Assembly (NCBI GenBank): GCA_022813865.1
Contig: JALDZX010000032.1
Coordinates: forward strand, 62,001 to 126,000
Direction of reading: 5' to 3'
DNA length: 64,000 nt
DNA from: Xylographa opegraphella
Lineage: Eukaryota
Positions 10,907-23,682 of the stretch are shown piece after piece (position 1 is the first letter of the stretch; each line of letters starts with the position of its first letter). The position numbers and the translations under genes are program-made. The notes beneath the pieces were generated by a model. That model saw only the letters and a list, made by a program, of their open reading frames with translations, was not told the DNA's origin and made no database searches.

Positions 10907-13314
10907 ATGACCCTTGTCGAAGTTCGGTCCGTCCCTCTTTCTTCATCTGGTCTTGTGAAGATGGAGGAGAGAAAAAGGCCGGCTTCTTATGAGAACGATG
11001 ATGTTGCTCCACCGCATAAGAAGCAAGTCACAACAACCATCAATGGTGGGTCAAAGAGCCATCAGGACGCGGATATGCCAGGAAAGGACGATCTGGAGGT
11101 AAGCCTTGTCCCCTCTACACAAGTGACACAAGTCTACACTACATGCCTTTCAGGAAATGCTTCATGTGGATGTTTAACTAACGGGCTTCCATGGTGCAGA
11201 AGTTTCAGAAGGAGGCCATTTTTCGTCAAATGCAGGAGTATAAGAGGGAGCGGAATACACTTGAAAGTCGACTCAATGACTTGGCAAAGCGTGCTGCATA
11301 TCATGACGATCATCTGCGGGCCATCGATGCATGGTTCATTCAAGTGAGTCGCGCTCTTGTGCCACCGACTGTTCTCCGTCCTTCCGCCGCTAATCTCCTC
11401 TTACAGCTATTAGATGAAGTCAAGCTGGCTGCCGGTCAAAATGAGAATAATGCGCCATACTCTGCGTTTCCGTCCGCCCTTCTGTCGGCAGATACTTTGG
11501 CATTCGATAAATACTTGAAGTCAAAATCCGGAGCAATCTCCTCCGCTATTTCTCAGATATTCGCACAAATCCCCACTCCAACACCCCAGATTTCGGACTT
11601 ACAAACTCGCATAACACAGCTATTATCTATAGAAAAGAAACATGTTAACGAGCTTGAAAAAAGTCGTTTGGAAAGAGAACAGACAGAGGAACGTCTGGAG
11701 ACCGCCTCAATGCGATATATGGTGGCGGAGAAAAAACTTGATCGTGCAAAAAGTTTGACAGTGGCAAAGCTTGAAAGACAGGCTATTGCTGGTGGTCGTA
11801 GCGAGGCTGGCAGTGGTCTGGGTGGTGGCGGTGACGGTACAAACAAGAACGATCTCCCAAATGGACAATTTGAGAGCAGTGAGAACCTGGTAGAGGCTGA
11901 AACTGCCCGCAAGGAGGCTATTGCTGCATCTGAAAAGCAAAAAGAGCAAATTGAACAACTTGCGACGGAGAATGGGAAGCTCTTGAATCAGGTCACACTG
12001 CTAACATCTAAGCTCTTACACTTAAGTGATGAGGATTATGCTCGAACAGACCTCTTTAAGCATTTGAAATCCCAGCACGAAGATGTCATCAAGCGAATCA
12101 ATGATCTGGAAGCAACCAACAACGAGCTTCGAGCTGAAGCAGAAAAGTTGCAAGCTGAGAGAACCGCATACCGGATTCAGCTGGACACAGAGTCTCAAGC
12201 GGCTATAACCGAGAAGGAGTTACAGTTGGCACGTGCTGAGACTGATCTTAACCGGATACGTGCTGCTCGAGACGAGCTTCAAGCGGATGTCAACACACGG
12301 AAAACCGCACATGGTCAAGAGCGTGCCTCCATTACGCAGATGAAACAGCTCGGGGCAGCCAAAGACGATCGTATAAAAGCATTGGAGTCTGAGATAGACC
12401 GACTAAGAACTACGACTTTGGACAGTGCTACTAGTACTACAGTAGATCTGGGTAACATTTCAAATGAAGAACTCCGCACGAAGTACTCGAACATTGAAAG
12501 ACAATATGCTATGCTCAACCAGGAACTGGCATCTATGGGCGCCACATTTAAGAAAGTCTCTAATTCTGCATCTCAAAAGACCAATCATTTGGCTGAGTTG
12601 GAGGAGAAGGCAATGAGGCTAAATGCTGAAAAATCACGGGCTGATCAGAAGTATTTTGCGGCCATGAAAGCAAAAGATGCAAGAGAACAAGAAGTCCGGA
12701 CGTTGAGGGCACAGAACTCCAAAAGCTCCGACATTGTCTCACAATTGAAAAATGCCGAGGCTGCAACACGCGCTCTTGTTGTCAATCTGGAAAAACAGCT
12801 AGCCGAGACAAAGGAAGCGCTGACTAACATTGCGAAACAGCACCGCACATCTCAGCAACAAGCAAACGAGAAAAGCATTATAGTAGATGGACTCAAAAGT
12901 CAAGTGGACGAATTGAAGACATCGTTGACGACAAAGGACAGCTCGCTTGATGCAGTATCAAATACTGCGCGGAAGGCAGAGGTCGAAGCGGAACAGCTTA
13001 AAGCTAGATTGGATGAAACTAAGAAGAATCTCGATATGTGGAAGACCAAAGGCTTAGGCAATCAGAGTGGGGAGTACGAAATGCTCAGGGTATGCAAGCT
13101 CTCATATATACCCCAACTACACCCTGCTAATGACCTCTAGAATCTCGCAATATGTACAGTATGTCGAAAAAACTTCAAGGATACTGCGGTGAAGACCTGT
13201 GGTCATGTCTTCTGCCGAGAATGCGTCGAAGAGCGCCTTCAATCACGAATGCGGAAATGCCCTAATTGTAACAAAGCCTTTGGCGCAAATGATCATATGC
13301 GTATAACATTATAG
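10907..13314 (+). CDS. BRE1: E3 ubiquitin ligase Bre1 (H2B ubiquitination)
   Basis: [17 protein letters not shown]-terminus, long coiled coil, and a last exon (13141-13314) with the [43 protein letters not shown]. The start could alternatively be ATG 10961. Confidence 0.95.
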
Positions 13315-14358
13315 GCAATGACTCTGATGCGTTCTCCTTCGTTTTACTCCAGCATTTTTATAGCGTTGGGTTTCTGAGCTTCACGAGGCTCCTGTGCTCA
13401 TAATGTAAAACAGGGTTCCTTGAGAGTGTTGGGTAGGCCTTTGTGCTATTCAACCGCTTCCGTTGTTGTATCATAGATATCCCATGAGGCTAATTTCAGA
13501 ACCAGTGATCTGAATGGCATTGTCTTTCTAGAAATCCTGATCTTGTTCTTGTTCATCCATAGGGCATTTTGAGCAATCACTACTGTGCGCGTGGTGCTTG
13601 TGCAACTTTCATCCCACAGATACTGTGCTCCAAGGAGTGCTGTACTCTGGACTGTGAATGGCGGCTACTGGTAGATACGTTCCCAACCCACTCTCAAACT
13701 GCTACCCTGTGGTTAACAGAACGAGAGGGCTGTGACAATATACCTGTGTGCGTGTATTCAAGATCATTATGATCATTGAGCAAGCCCTGAGTTGCAACTG
13801 GAGAGAGCGTTGCTATATGTACTTGTGCGATATCTGCATTGTATTATTGACCGCAAGGGGCAAAGGTCAATGCAACCAGGGAAGACGCTCTCGTTGTTCT
13901 CCAAGAACATGATAATCCAGAGTGGCATTTTCGGCGCAGAACCTAGGTTCTGGCTCGTGTACGATGCATGTATCTGTGCTCAATAGACCTGGCTGCTCTC
14001 TGATGTAGAGAGTCAGGAGATAGACGCAATCAGGACAAGACGTTAGCCTATTCACCTACAGCAGAAATCAAACTGGCTGTGCAACGACGTTACTTCGCAG
14101 TGGACATGTTGAGGGGAAGGAATTACAACATCGGAGTAGCACTTTTTATGTCGCTACGTCTTGCTCACATGCGGCAGGAGCTGGCATGATCCGTCGTTGA
14201 TATACAGCTGATGATAACCAACGATCGCCACACCAAGTTAACCATAACCTATATGGTACCCATGCGATCCTATGCAGTGAATTAATCCCGTTCCATGCAT
14301 TCCGAACGCCATGTCTCAAGGAATCAGTGTCCTGGCCGTATATATCCTAGGCTCTAAT

Positions 14359-15999
14359 CTATAAATGATGAGTTTCCTTCCGTCCCTCCATGGAAGCCGG
14401 AATATCCAGCAGTTCCGGCCCTGGCTCTCCTTCATCATCACTCATCAAACCCGCAAGCTCAAATTCCTCTGCGTCTTTCATTCTCCGGTCCCGTACCCGA
14501 GCTTGGTGATGGAGAGCCCCAGCCGTTCCATTGCCAATGACTCCACTCTCCCCGTCGTCCTTCTTCGAGGCTAGGGGGATTCTTGGATTGTCCAGAGGCC
14601 AAGCAAAATTGGCGTACATATTGAGGAGCATGCAAACGAACAGGAAAAGGAGGAAAGCAATGCTGTAAAGCACAAGTATATAGGACACGTGAGACATTTC
14701 GTTCGCGGCAAGAATAGCCATTTGCTCCTCGGTTGCACCCATGAATAGGAAACCTGAAGCGTAGAGGAGCTGTAACGCAGAGTAAGCAGACAGATGGTTT
14801 ATAACAATAGACAGGAGCAGGGAGACTTACAAAGGGTGTCAAGAACTGAAAACTGTTGCTTTCCTCTGCATGCCTCTTATCGATAGAGTTCCTATCTCGA
14901 AGAACAAAAGATATTTCGACAATACGGCTTAGACCGGCGGCCATCAATGTATATCCAAAAGTCGCATGTATCTTCGTGCTAACCATCAAATGTTGTGGAT
15001 GCGAACCCATGGCCCATCCGGTCAGGAAAATAACAATGGCCGGCATTAAATTCCTTTGTGGTCTACCACTCCGGGTTCTGCTCAGCCATATTCCCAATAA
15101 GCCGGCACACCACCAGACTATACCCATACTCGTATGCTGATAATCCGTGTTTGACCAATTCTCACCCCATCGGTGCTCTGTGAACGTGTTCACACAACCC
15201 CATGCCGAGATCAGAAGAGAGTCGAAAAATTCCTGAGAGCGGCCGGTGCGCCGCAGCCAGCCTTGCCCGACAAGCAGGAGAATTGTCAGAACGATACCGT
15301 AGGCAATGAATGAGCTGCCCATGATAAAATGGGCAAGGCACTGGCCGAGATGATCCCGCCTGCAGAACCCTAATGCCGTAATGGCCCCAAAGAGCATCTG
15401 TACCCAACTGACTACAGGCAGAGCCTTCCCCACGACACCGTGCCCAATCAGAGTATATCGTCGAATATGGAAATGAATGCCCTTTTCAAGGTGTAGTTTC
15501 AAGTAGATCCCAAACACCACTTGGATCGCAAGCATGACCGATAGGGAGGTTGCAAACGTTGCGTGGATATTAGGCGCAAATTGACGACCGCCATGCTTAT
15601 GCCCAAGAAAGTAGCCGGCTACAGACAGCATGACCCCGAGCGATTGTAATGGTACATGCCATCGGGATCGGACAATCTGAGGAAATAGGCCCAATTAGCA
15701 ACTTGTATCTCGATCAATAGCGCAAGCTTCAGTAGCCCAAAACGTACCCCGAGGACCATGCCGGTGGGAAAGATGAGCCCAAAGGCCATTATTTGAACTA
15801 GAACATGGATCCATAATATCTTGTCCTGGAGAATTGGTTAGCAACCGCCTTGTGCCTGACGCTTGAGGGCAAGACCGACGATTGGGTCAGGAGATATCCC
15901 TTCGCCCTCTGGTATGTTATCCTCATGATGTTCGTGCCCCGTTACCAGTCCAATCGAGATTATGCTGAACAGTACAGCGGTCCTCGAAAGTGAGAGCAT
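14359..15999 (-). CDS. Ytp1-family multi-pass membrane protein
   Basis: Signal peptide plus HEHHEDNIPEGEGISPDPI; motifs RSRWHVPLQ, DHLGQCLAHFIMGSSFIAYG, VNTFTEHRWG and FMGATEEQM; three introns. Confidence 0.85.
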
Positions 16000-16443
16000 G
16001 ATGCACCTCGGTCGCAGTGATCTAGTTCCTCTGATGATGCACCGACCTGGAGCAGATCTAATGCTTAAGATGGCAAGAATCCCCGAAGCTTGTTGCCATG
16101 AAGCTCTTGTGAATCAGTGGCGAGTTGACTTTGTCGCAATCCTCCAGAACGAGTTTGGGAGCCGGTTGGTTCGGGAGCTGGCGCGCTAGTGTAGTCTATA
16201 GTCTCGCAAAAGGAGATGGAGGAAAGGCAAAGCTGGAATACTCAAGAAACATTCTTTCATCCATTCGATTGGATGTTCTGCAGGCATGCTACTTTGGGTC
16301 TTTTCAATGAAAGAATCCAACAAATCACCTGCATATTATTCTTTAACAGATATTTAACTTCTACTTCGCCGAACCAGGAAATGGGTATCTTCTTATGCAG
16401 CGGCACCCAGTACGCCTCTAGTTACATTATGAGCATGAAACTG

Positions 16444-17282
16444 TTAGCTATGTTTCCTCAATTCTTTCCTCCGAGTTCTGTTATCCCATTCTCTCCAACC
16501 AGACTCCACAAGGTCTTCTTCCACTACCAAGTCTCTAAGCCTCAGCCACCTGCACAGCTCCAAATTGATCAAAAAATGTAGTATTCCCGTATGTCGTAGC
16601 CAACTTGTAAGCAAGAACCATGCGACAGCAGATAGTACGCCGGCTGCGCATCCAACAAGCACCTGCCGTCCAGTATGGTAATTCAGGTATATGCGTGAGA
16701 GGGCAACAAATGCAGCAAGAACAAGGGCTATCCCAGACACAAGGACACGCTGCACATTTGCGGACGGGTATAGAGAGTATGGAAACGATTCCTTCGCAGC
16801 GGACTTCGTTGAGGGAGCCTGGGGTTTATGACGAAGAAGAAGGAATAGTACAAGAGAGGTGGAGTAGAAAGCGAGGAACTGGGCGTGAGACGATGGCATG
16901 CCATAGCCTTTGCCGTACATCTCTGCTGAATCCATTCCATATCAGTTCCCAACTCCTGATTGAGCATATAATGTCTTCGAGGAGACGAACGTTTTGGCCT
17001 TTCCTCCTTGATCAAGCGCTTGAGGAGGAAATTCAGAGCTTCACAACCCATCTGTCCGATAAACATGAGGATAATCTCTGCTTCCCGGGTAGCCCATATG
17101 AGAGTAATGTACACGACACAGAGGCCTTGGGGCACGAGAGCCAACCACGCACAGAAATAGGATAATGGATCCTGAGGATTCTGGTAGAAGGGTCAATCAA
17201 CGGGACGATATCTCGGTTGCGTTGCATGGCTCACGTAGTGTACGTGCGTCAGCGACAAAGATGCTAGCGGAGGGTCTTCCAT
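16444..17282 (-). CDS. CAX4: Dolichyl-diphosphatase (PAP2 family)
   Basis: MEDPPLASLSLTHVHY start; PAP2 motifs LKRLIKEERP, GYGMPSSHAQF and SRIYLNYHTGRQVLVG; two introns. Confidence 0.92.
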
Positions 17283-17470
17283 TTCGTGATGAAAGCATAG
17301 AGTATAGGTAAGGCAGTGTCCTCAATGGCGAGTAATCTAGTGGTTGCGAACCCGAGGCGGATAGAATCAGTCGCTGCTTTTCTACGGCCGGCGGTAAGGG
17401 GCTTCGTCCAAAAACCCGAAATTGAATGTCGAAACTCAGAAATCATAATTCCAACGCAGCCTACGACCAA

Positions 17471-17689
17471 CTGCAGGCCTTTATTGTATATGACTACAAA
17501 TCTGTATCGTACGTAGCTGCAGGCCCTGATTGTACGTAACTACAAACCTTCATTATATACAACTGCAGGCTCGTAGTTACGTGTAATAAAGGTCTGTAAT
17601 TACGGGCAGTAAGGGCCTGCAGTTACGCGCAATAAGTGTTTGTAATTACGTATAATAAGGATTTGAGTATATATAATAAACGTTTGTAA
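17471..17689. repeat. Palindromic (foldback) array of degenerate 23-bp units
   Basis: Direct units start at 17471, 17494, 17517, 17540 and 17563 (e.g. CTGCAGGCCCTGATTGTACGTAA). Reverse-complement units start at 17577, 17600, 17623, 17646 and 17668 (e.g. TTACGGGCAGTAAGGGCCTGCAG). Confidence 0.85.
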
Positions 17690-17954
17690 GGTAATTACGG
17701 TCGCAGACTGCGTTAATATACATTTCTGATTTTTGATTTTCGATTCTCATTCGCCGGTTAAAGCGGCTCTCTAAATTGTTACTCCCGTACCGCAAGCAAG
17801 TCTTCCATTTCACAGTCTGACTCATTGGAAATACTTTTCTTCATTCCGAATCCTACCCCTCTTGCGGATTCATTTCCTTCATTACAGAAGACATACTGCA
17901 TAGGCGGCAGTTGGCCGCTTCAGTCAATCCCTAACTTCGCTGTGAGCATCATCC

Positions 17955-19790
17955 ATGGCCAGTGGAGGCCCTACAGAGGATCAACGGGCAACAGAGTTGA
18001 CTACTAATACCTACATATTCCCTGAATTGATAATCGACACTGAGAGCTGCTTCTCTGCCTCTATCGAATTACCTGTCAATCCGGCGAAGCCGTTGGTGGT
18101 TGTGTTTGTCTCTGATGCTGAGGTGGCGACAGCAGTCAATCTGCCAATACCACCTAGATCCACAGTATCCAGCAGCGAAGAATCGGGGACCATAGCGGTC
18201 ACAGTTGATGCCTTAAACATACATCATCTTTCTCATCTGCCCCCTCTTGCACTGCGACTGGCGCTCCCCGTCGGCTATCCAACGGAAGAAGCACCAGTAG
18301 TTCATCTCGAGTCACAGTCTTCGTGGCTTCCGAAGTATAAATTGCAGGAGTTGGAGGCCTCTTGTAGGGCAATATGGGAAGATATCGGGAGGGACCAGGT
18401 GGTGTTTACGTTTATTGATCATTTACAGCAGGCAGCCGAGGATGGCTTCGGTTTGGATGACGGAGGAACCTGCGCCTTGAGACTCCCGGCAGAGCTTGAA
18501 ATCCCATTACTGGACTATGACCTGAAAGCAAAGCGGGCCAAGTTTGAGCAGGAAACATTCGAATGTGGGGTTTGCTTGGAGCCAAAGAAGGGCTCAGTGT
18601 GCCACCGCCTACTTCTATGCTCGCATGTGTTCTGCGTAGCTTGCTTACAAGATTTCTACAATGCCTGCATTACGGAAGGCGACATTTCTAGTGTCAAGTG
18701 CCTTGCACCAGAATGTGGTAAGGATGCGCCGCGCAGGATTATTGGGACCGCACAACCAGCAAAGCGCCGACGCAAAGTCGATCCTACACTGGATCCCAGC
18801 GAATTGCTCCAGATCCCTTTGGACCAAGAGACCGTTCAACGCTACATGAAATTGAAACGAAAGAATCTGCTTGAGTCGGATCAAACAACAGTATATTGTC
18901 CAAGGCAATGGTGTCAAGGTGCAGCACGATCGAAAAAGTATCCAAAAAATGGCACCAACATATCGGGAACGCTCTCCGATTCAGAAGACGAAGATGACGA
19001 TCAGAATAAAGTTCCCAGCCAAAACAAACTGCCACCGCCAAGCGAAAAGCTCGCCATCTGCGAAGACTGTTCCTTTGCTTTCTGCAGTGTTTGCAACGCA
19101 AGCTGGCATGGAGAATTTGCTGTGTGCTTCCCACGTAAGCAGCATGAATTGACGGCCGAAGAAAAGGCTTCCGAAGAATACCTCAAGAAGCATTCTACCG
19201 CATGCCCTACCTGCGACGCTCGGTGCCAGAAAACCATGGGCTGCAATCATATGATATGCTTCAGGTGCAAGCATCATTTCTGTTATTTATGCAGTGCGTG
19301 GCTTGACCCAGATAATCCGTACAAACACTTCAACACCCAATGGACTTCCTGCTACATGAAACTCTGGGAGCTCGAGGAGGGCGATGGAGAAAATGTGGAT
19401 CGTCAAGCATATCAAAATGCCTTGCTACAAGAAGAGGCAGAAGACAACGGGGACCGCAACGTGGATGTGCAGCCTATTCATCCTGAAAACGGAGTCGCAC
19501 CCCCAAACGCTGGAGTACCACCTGTGCAGGTCCAACCACCAGCTCCGCCACCTATAGAGATAGTATTCGAACGCCCAGCCGAAGTTCGAATCAATAACCG
19601 AGGTCGACAAGACCTGGTCCGCAGGGAGCCAGCAGCGCCACGAGAAGCCCAGCGCAGACCCGGCCAAGCTCTGCAGCGCTTCCTGGAGTTGGTAGATCGG
19701 GATGAGGAAGACGAATGGGACAGTGATGAGCTCGAAAGATCCGACGATGGTGAAGACAATGCCGACAGATGGGTGATCCCGATACGGTAG
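17955..19790 (+). CDS. RWD-RING-IBR-RING (RBR) E3 ubiquitin ligase, Itt1/RNF14-like
   Basis: Intronless 611-aa ORF: RWD (LPPLALRLALPVGYP), RING1 CGVCLE...CSHVFCVAC, IBR CPRQWC...CEDCSFAFCSVC, RING2 CPTC...GCNHMICFRCKHHFCYLC. Confidence 0.92.
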   Translation: MASGGPTEDQRATELTTNTYIFPELIIDTESCFSASIELPVNPAKPLVVVFVSDAEVATAVNLPIPPRSTVSSSEESGTIAVTVDALNIHHLSHLPPLALRLALPVGYPTEEAPVVHLESQSSWLPKYKLQELEASCRAIWEDIGRDQVVFTFIDHLQQAAEDGFGLDDGGTCALRLPAELEIPLLDYDLKAKRAKFEQETFECGVCLEPKKGSVCHRLLLCSHVFCVACLQDFYNACITEGDISSVKCLAPECGKDAPRRIIGTAQPAKRRRKVDPTLDPSELLQIPLDQETVQRYMKLKRKNLLESDQTTVYCPRQWCQGAARSKKYPKNGTNISGTLSDSEDEDDDQNKVPSQNKLPPPSEKLAICEDCSFAFCSVCNASWHGEFAVCFPRKQHELTAEEKASEEYLKKHSTACPTCDARCQKTMGCNHMICFRCKHHFCYLCSAWLDPDNPYKHFNTQWTSCYMKLWELEEGDGENVDRQAYQNALLQEEAEDNGDRNVDVQPIHPENGVAPPNAGVPPVQVQPPAPPPIEIVFERPAEVRINNRGRQDLVRREPAAPREAQRRPGQALQRFLELVDRDEEDEWDSDELERSDDGEDNADRWVIPIR

Positions 19791-20493
19791 TACTCGCTGA
19801 ATTACGCCACTTTGATCTGAACGGACTGATATGACGAGCGAGAGAATGTATAGCGGTGGCGTCAACAATACCCTTGTTTCTTTGCAGATTTATCGCTGGG
19901 ACTACCTATTATCTATCTAGCCAAATATCACGAGCGGAACGATCATATATTCAACCAGAAGAAAGCTATAGTTCTTGCTGATGGTGAACCATGCTGTCCA
20001 AGTATAAGTTCCCGAGTGAGAAGGAGCAGCATCGCTCGTAGTCAGGGGTAGACAACGTAGACGTCTTTTCCTTAAACGTAGACTGTTAACAAATATCCGC
20101 TTTTCGGCCGAGCGTAGTCTGCTGTGTAGCTACGGCATACCTTATTTCCGAGTGGCTGATTGGAGCTCTGATATTCTACTTGAGAGTGATCCCAGTACTG
20201 AGGACCAAGTACAGCTCCCTCTCCAGAATCCTGCGGTATCAGAAAAGGAGTTGACGGCGGATACGCGTCCTCCCCGTAGTCACCGGATTCGTCGACTTCG
20301 AGGCGCCCCTCCAACCCACTTAACAGAGTACGAGCCCGGTGGAATTAAGCAACACATCCACTCATGGAGATACACAACGAGATCGAAGTCTCTTCTATTC
20401 GCAAGCAGTGTTTAGATATCAAGGTCTGATATCGATCGTTATCTACCGAAACACAAACTCTAGCAACCCGGTGGCTGAACTGGCCACGCTCAA

Positions 20494-23204
20494 ATGACGC
20501 CCTCTCCCACCACCGCACAGATGACTTCGCCAGCTTCACCACCATCGCCTTCGGCTTCCTTTTACGACTTGAGTGATGACGAGGAGGGCGAGTATAACAC
20601 GATCATGCACAGCAGCTCTGGTCGCGGAGTAAAGCTCCTCTTCTCAAAGAGCAAGGTCCGTATATCTGCTCCCTGGTACGTACTCCAGCGATCAAAGCTC
20701 ATGCCACTACCTCTAGGTCTACGTTCATCCTACGCCGTCATCCAAAGACAATATACCTGGGTTCATCGCTCTTATTCAACAAAAGCCGTCCGCAGCAGAT
20801 CCAATACAACGGCCGACTTCCTCCTCGTCAACCAAAAGCTTCAAGGCCTCATCTTTCCTTCTGGCCTGGGTTCCCGAGTCATCTCTCGGCGATGCATATG
20901 ACACTTATGCGAGGGTAGACCTCTCAGACGCATCCTCTCCACCTAAGCGCACCCCCTTCGTCCCACAGCCACCTACTACAACTACGCATAGTAGTTCTGT
21001 CGGTACCTACGCCTTTGCTGTGCCAGTCAGTGAGATTTACTCCTTACTAGTCAGACCACCGAGTCTAGGCTGGTGGTTTGGCAGTGTTGTGATCAATACC
21101 CGCTCCGGTGACAGCTTCCCGGCATTGTTCTTCCACGACGACGAATGCCAGTCTACAATATTGCAAAAAAAGCGTCTTGTCAGGGATAGCTTTGACCCTT
21201 TTGGAGAGAGTGGGGGCGCCTTTTGGGGCGGTGACGAAGTTTTACGATGGCTCAAGAGATATGTGAACGTTGAGAGGTCATCAGACCCGTCGATCTATCT
21301 GATTGAGCCTACCGCGGAAGATAAGTTGGGCTTTGGCAGTAGCCCAGGATCCCCCAAGAGTGACAAATCGCCACGTCCGGAAAGCGCGGTTGCAGGGTCC
21401 TCAAGAGGCGGCACCACATCCAGCTCAGGACGCACCGATGCGGGCATGGATCCTTTCACAAAGGCTATCAAACAGGCACGCTGGAGTTTCCTGGAAAAGA
21501 TGAGCCAAGTTACCACATTTACGAGAAAAACAGCCCAAGATATTGTCGAGAATCCAAAAATACCGCCGCAGGTACGGCGTCTGATGAAGAACCCAGAAGT
21601 TCAGACACTACAGGACGAGTTCGATAGTGCCAGGGTTTACCTTGCTAGATGGGCGATGGGCATGGCTGAGCAAAGTGAGCGCGAGAGGAATCAGAGAATA
21701 TGGACCGCGAGGGACTTGTTCGAAATGGAAGAAAGTGAGGTCGGAGAATTCGAGATTCTCGACGCGGGAAGTATTTCCATAGGAGATAAGAGAAAATCTG
21801 TCACGATGAAGGAATGGAACAGTTTCTTTGATTCACAAAGTGGTCGATTGGAAGTGACTCCGGACGAAGTTAAGGAGAGAATATTCCACGGTGGTCTTGA
21901 TCCTACGGATGGTGTACGAAAAGAGGCTTGGCTGTTCCTACTTGGAGTTTTTGAGTGGGACAGCACAGCGGACGAACGAAAGGCCGTCATCAATAGCAAA
22001 CGAGACGAATTTGTAAGATACAAAGGTGCTTGGTGGGAGCGCATGGTTGATGGAAGCGGTTCTGCCGAGGAAAATGAATGGTGGAAGGAGCAGAAAGGCC
22101 GAATAGGTAGAGATTCACTGCTGTAAATTTTCAACCTGTGCTGGAAAGGCTGACTTGACCCATTGCTTGGGGTTCGCCAAACAGAAAAGGATGTCCACCG
22201 TACCGATCGCCATATCCCCCTTTTTGAAGGCGAAGATATTCCGCATCCAGATTCCGATTCACCATTCGCAGACGTCGGCACCAACGTGCACCTGGAGCAG
22301 ATGAAGGACATGCTTTTGACGTATAACGAGTACAACCGCGACTTGGGCTACGTTCAGGGCATGAGTGACTTGTTGGCTCCCATATACGCCGTTGAGCAAG
22401 ACGATGCTGTTGCATTTTGGGGGTTTGTCAAATTTATGGATCGAATGGTAGGCTTAACGAATCCGACCACTATACTGCAATCTAAAATCTACAGGAACGC
22501 AACTTCCTTCGCGACCAATCAGGCATGCGATCCCAACTTCTTGCTCTCGATCAGCTGGTCCAACTCATGGACCCGAAGCTCTACTTACACCTCCAATCCG
22601 CCGATTCTACAAATTTCTTCTTTTTCTTCCGCATGCTTCTCGTCTGGTACAAGCGCGAATTTGAATGGGCCGACGTGCTACGCTTGTGGGAGACCCTCTG
22701 GACCGACTACCTTACCAGTAGCTTTCACCTGTTCATAGCGCTTGCTATCCTAGAAAAGCACCGGGACGTCATCACGAAGCACCTGAAGCATTTCGATGAG
22801 GTTCTGAAATACGGTAAGCTGGAAGGCGTCCATTGATAGTTGATTACCCACTAACATGAGATCCAGTCAACGAACTCTCCAACACCATCGACCTCGAGTC
22901 TACCCTCATCCGCGCAGAGGGCCTCTTCCGACGCTTTCAGCGTATGGTCGAGGTCACCGACAAGAAGAACAACTTCCCCACCCCCAGCGTTCGGCAGCGC
23001 AAACCGGTCCCGGCCGAGGCGTCCGCTGCCAGCAGCAGCGCAACGGGTGCCGAAACAGGGAACAGCATCGGCAAAGCCGTTGCGAAGGGCGTCGGCGCGG
23101 AGAAACAGAAGATCATCAGTCCGGAGTTGCGGCAGCTGCTGAGTCGGAAGATCGTGACGTTGGACAAGAAGGAGCTGGAGGCGCATGGCGGTGGTGTCAG
23201 CTAG
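20494..23204 (+). CDS. GYP7: Rab GTPase-activating protein Gyp7 (TBC domain)
   Basis: VKLLFSKSKVYVHP, TLQDEFDSARVYLARWAM, IEKDVHRTDR (Arg finger), YVQGMSDL (Gln finger) and FFFFRMLLVWYKREF; four introns. Confidence 0.95.
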
Positions 23205-23425
23205 GAATTTTCTGTCGAGGTATCGTAATGGGTCCGAGTCGGGCTCCGACAGGGGGAGTATGGGGTGTTGGAAAAGTATCCGTAGGGGACGAGGCTTTGG
23301 GACGAGTGTACGATTAATACCCGGTATTGGTTAGCGCATCTGGATACGGTAACGAATATTCATTATGCAAGGCATGCCAATGGAAACGGATGGCTGTGTC
23401 GTGATTTCTGGGCCTCTTGTGTGAT

Positions 23426-23499
23426 GTGAATGGGTCGAGGATGACTTGTAGCATTTTGGCCCGTGAATAGGTCGAGGATGACTTGTAGCATTTTGGGCC
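23426..23499. repeat. 37-bp tandem duplication
   Basis: GTGAAT(G/A)GGTCGAGGATGACTTGTAGCATTTTGG(C/G)CC occurs twice, at 23426 and 23463. Confidence 0.9.
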
Positions 23500-23682
23500 T
23501 CACAAGTATGGATCTATATAAGCTAGACAACCCCCCCATATTCGCTTCTAGATCCCCCGCACCGCTATCTTACATTGCAAAAGCAGAAATGCCACCCACT
23601 CCCCTCCACTCCACTCCCCCTTCCTCCCGCCCTCCCACATTTCTCCACCTCAGCATCTCCATTGGTTGACTCAACACACCAT

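Noticed and set aside
17471..17689. CRISPR-like array
   Set aside because: Units are contiguous and degenerate with no unique spacers, half are inverted, the context is eukaryotic and there are no cas genes.
20152..20415. 87-aa ORF upstream of GYP7
   Set aside because: It starts at GTG, has no recognisable motif, and could not be spliced convincingly to GYP7.
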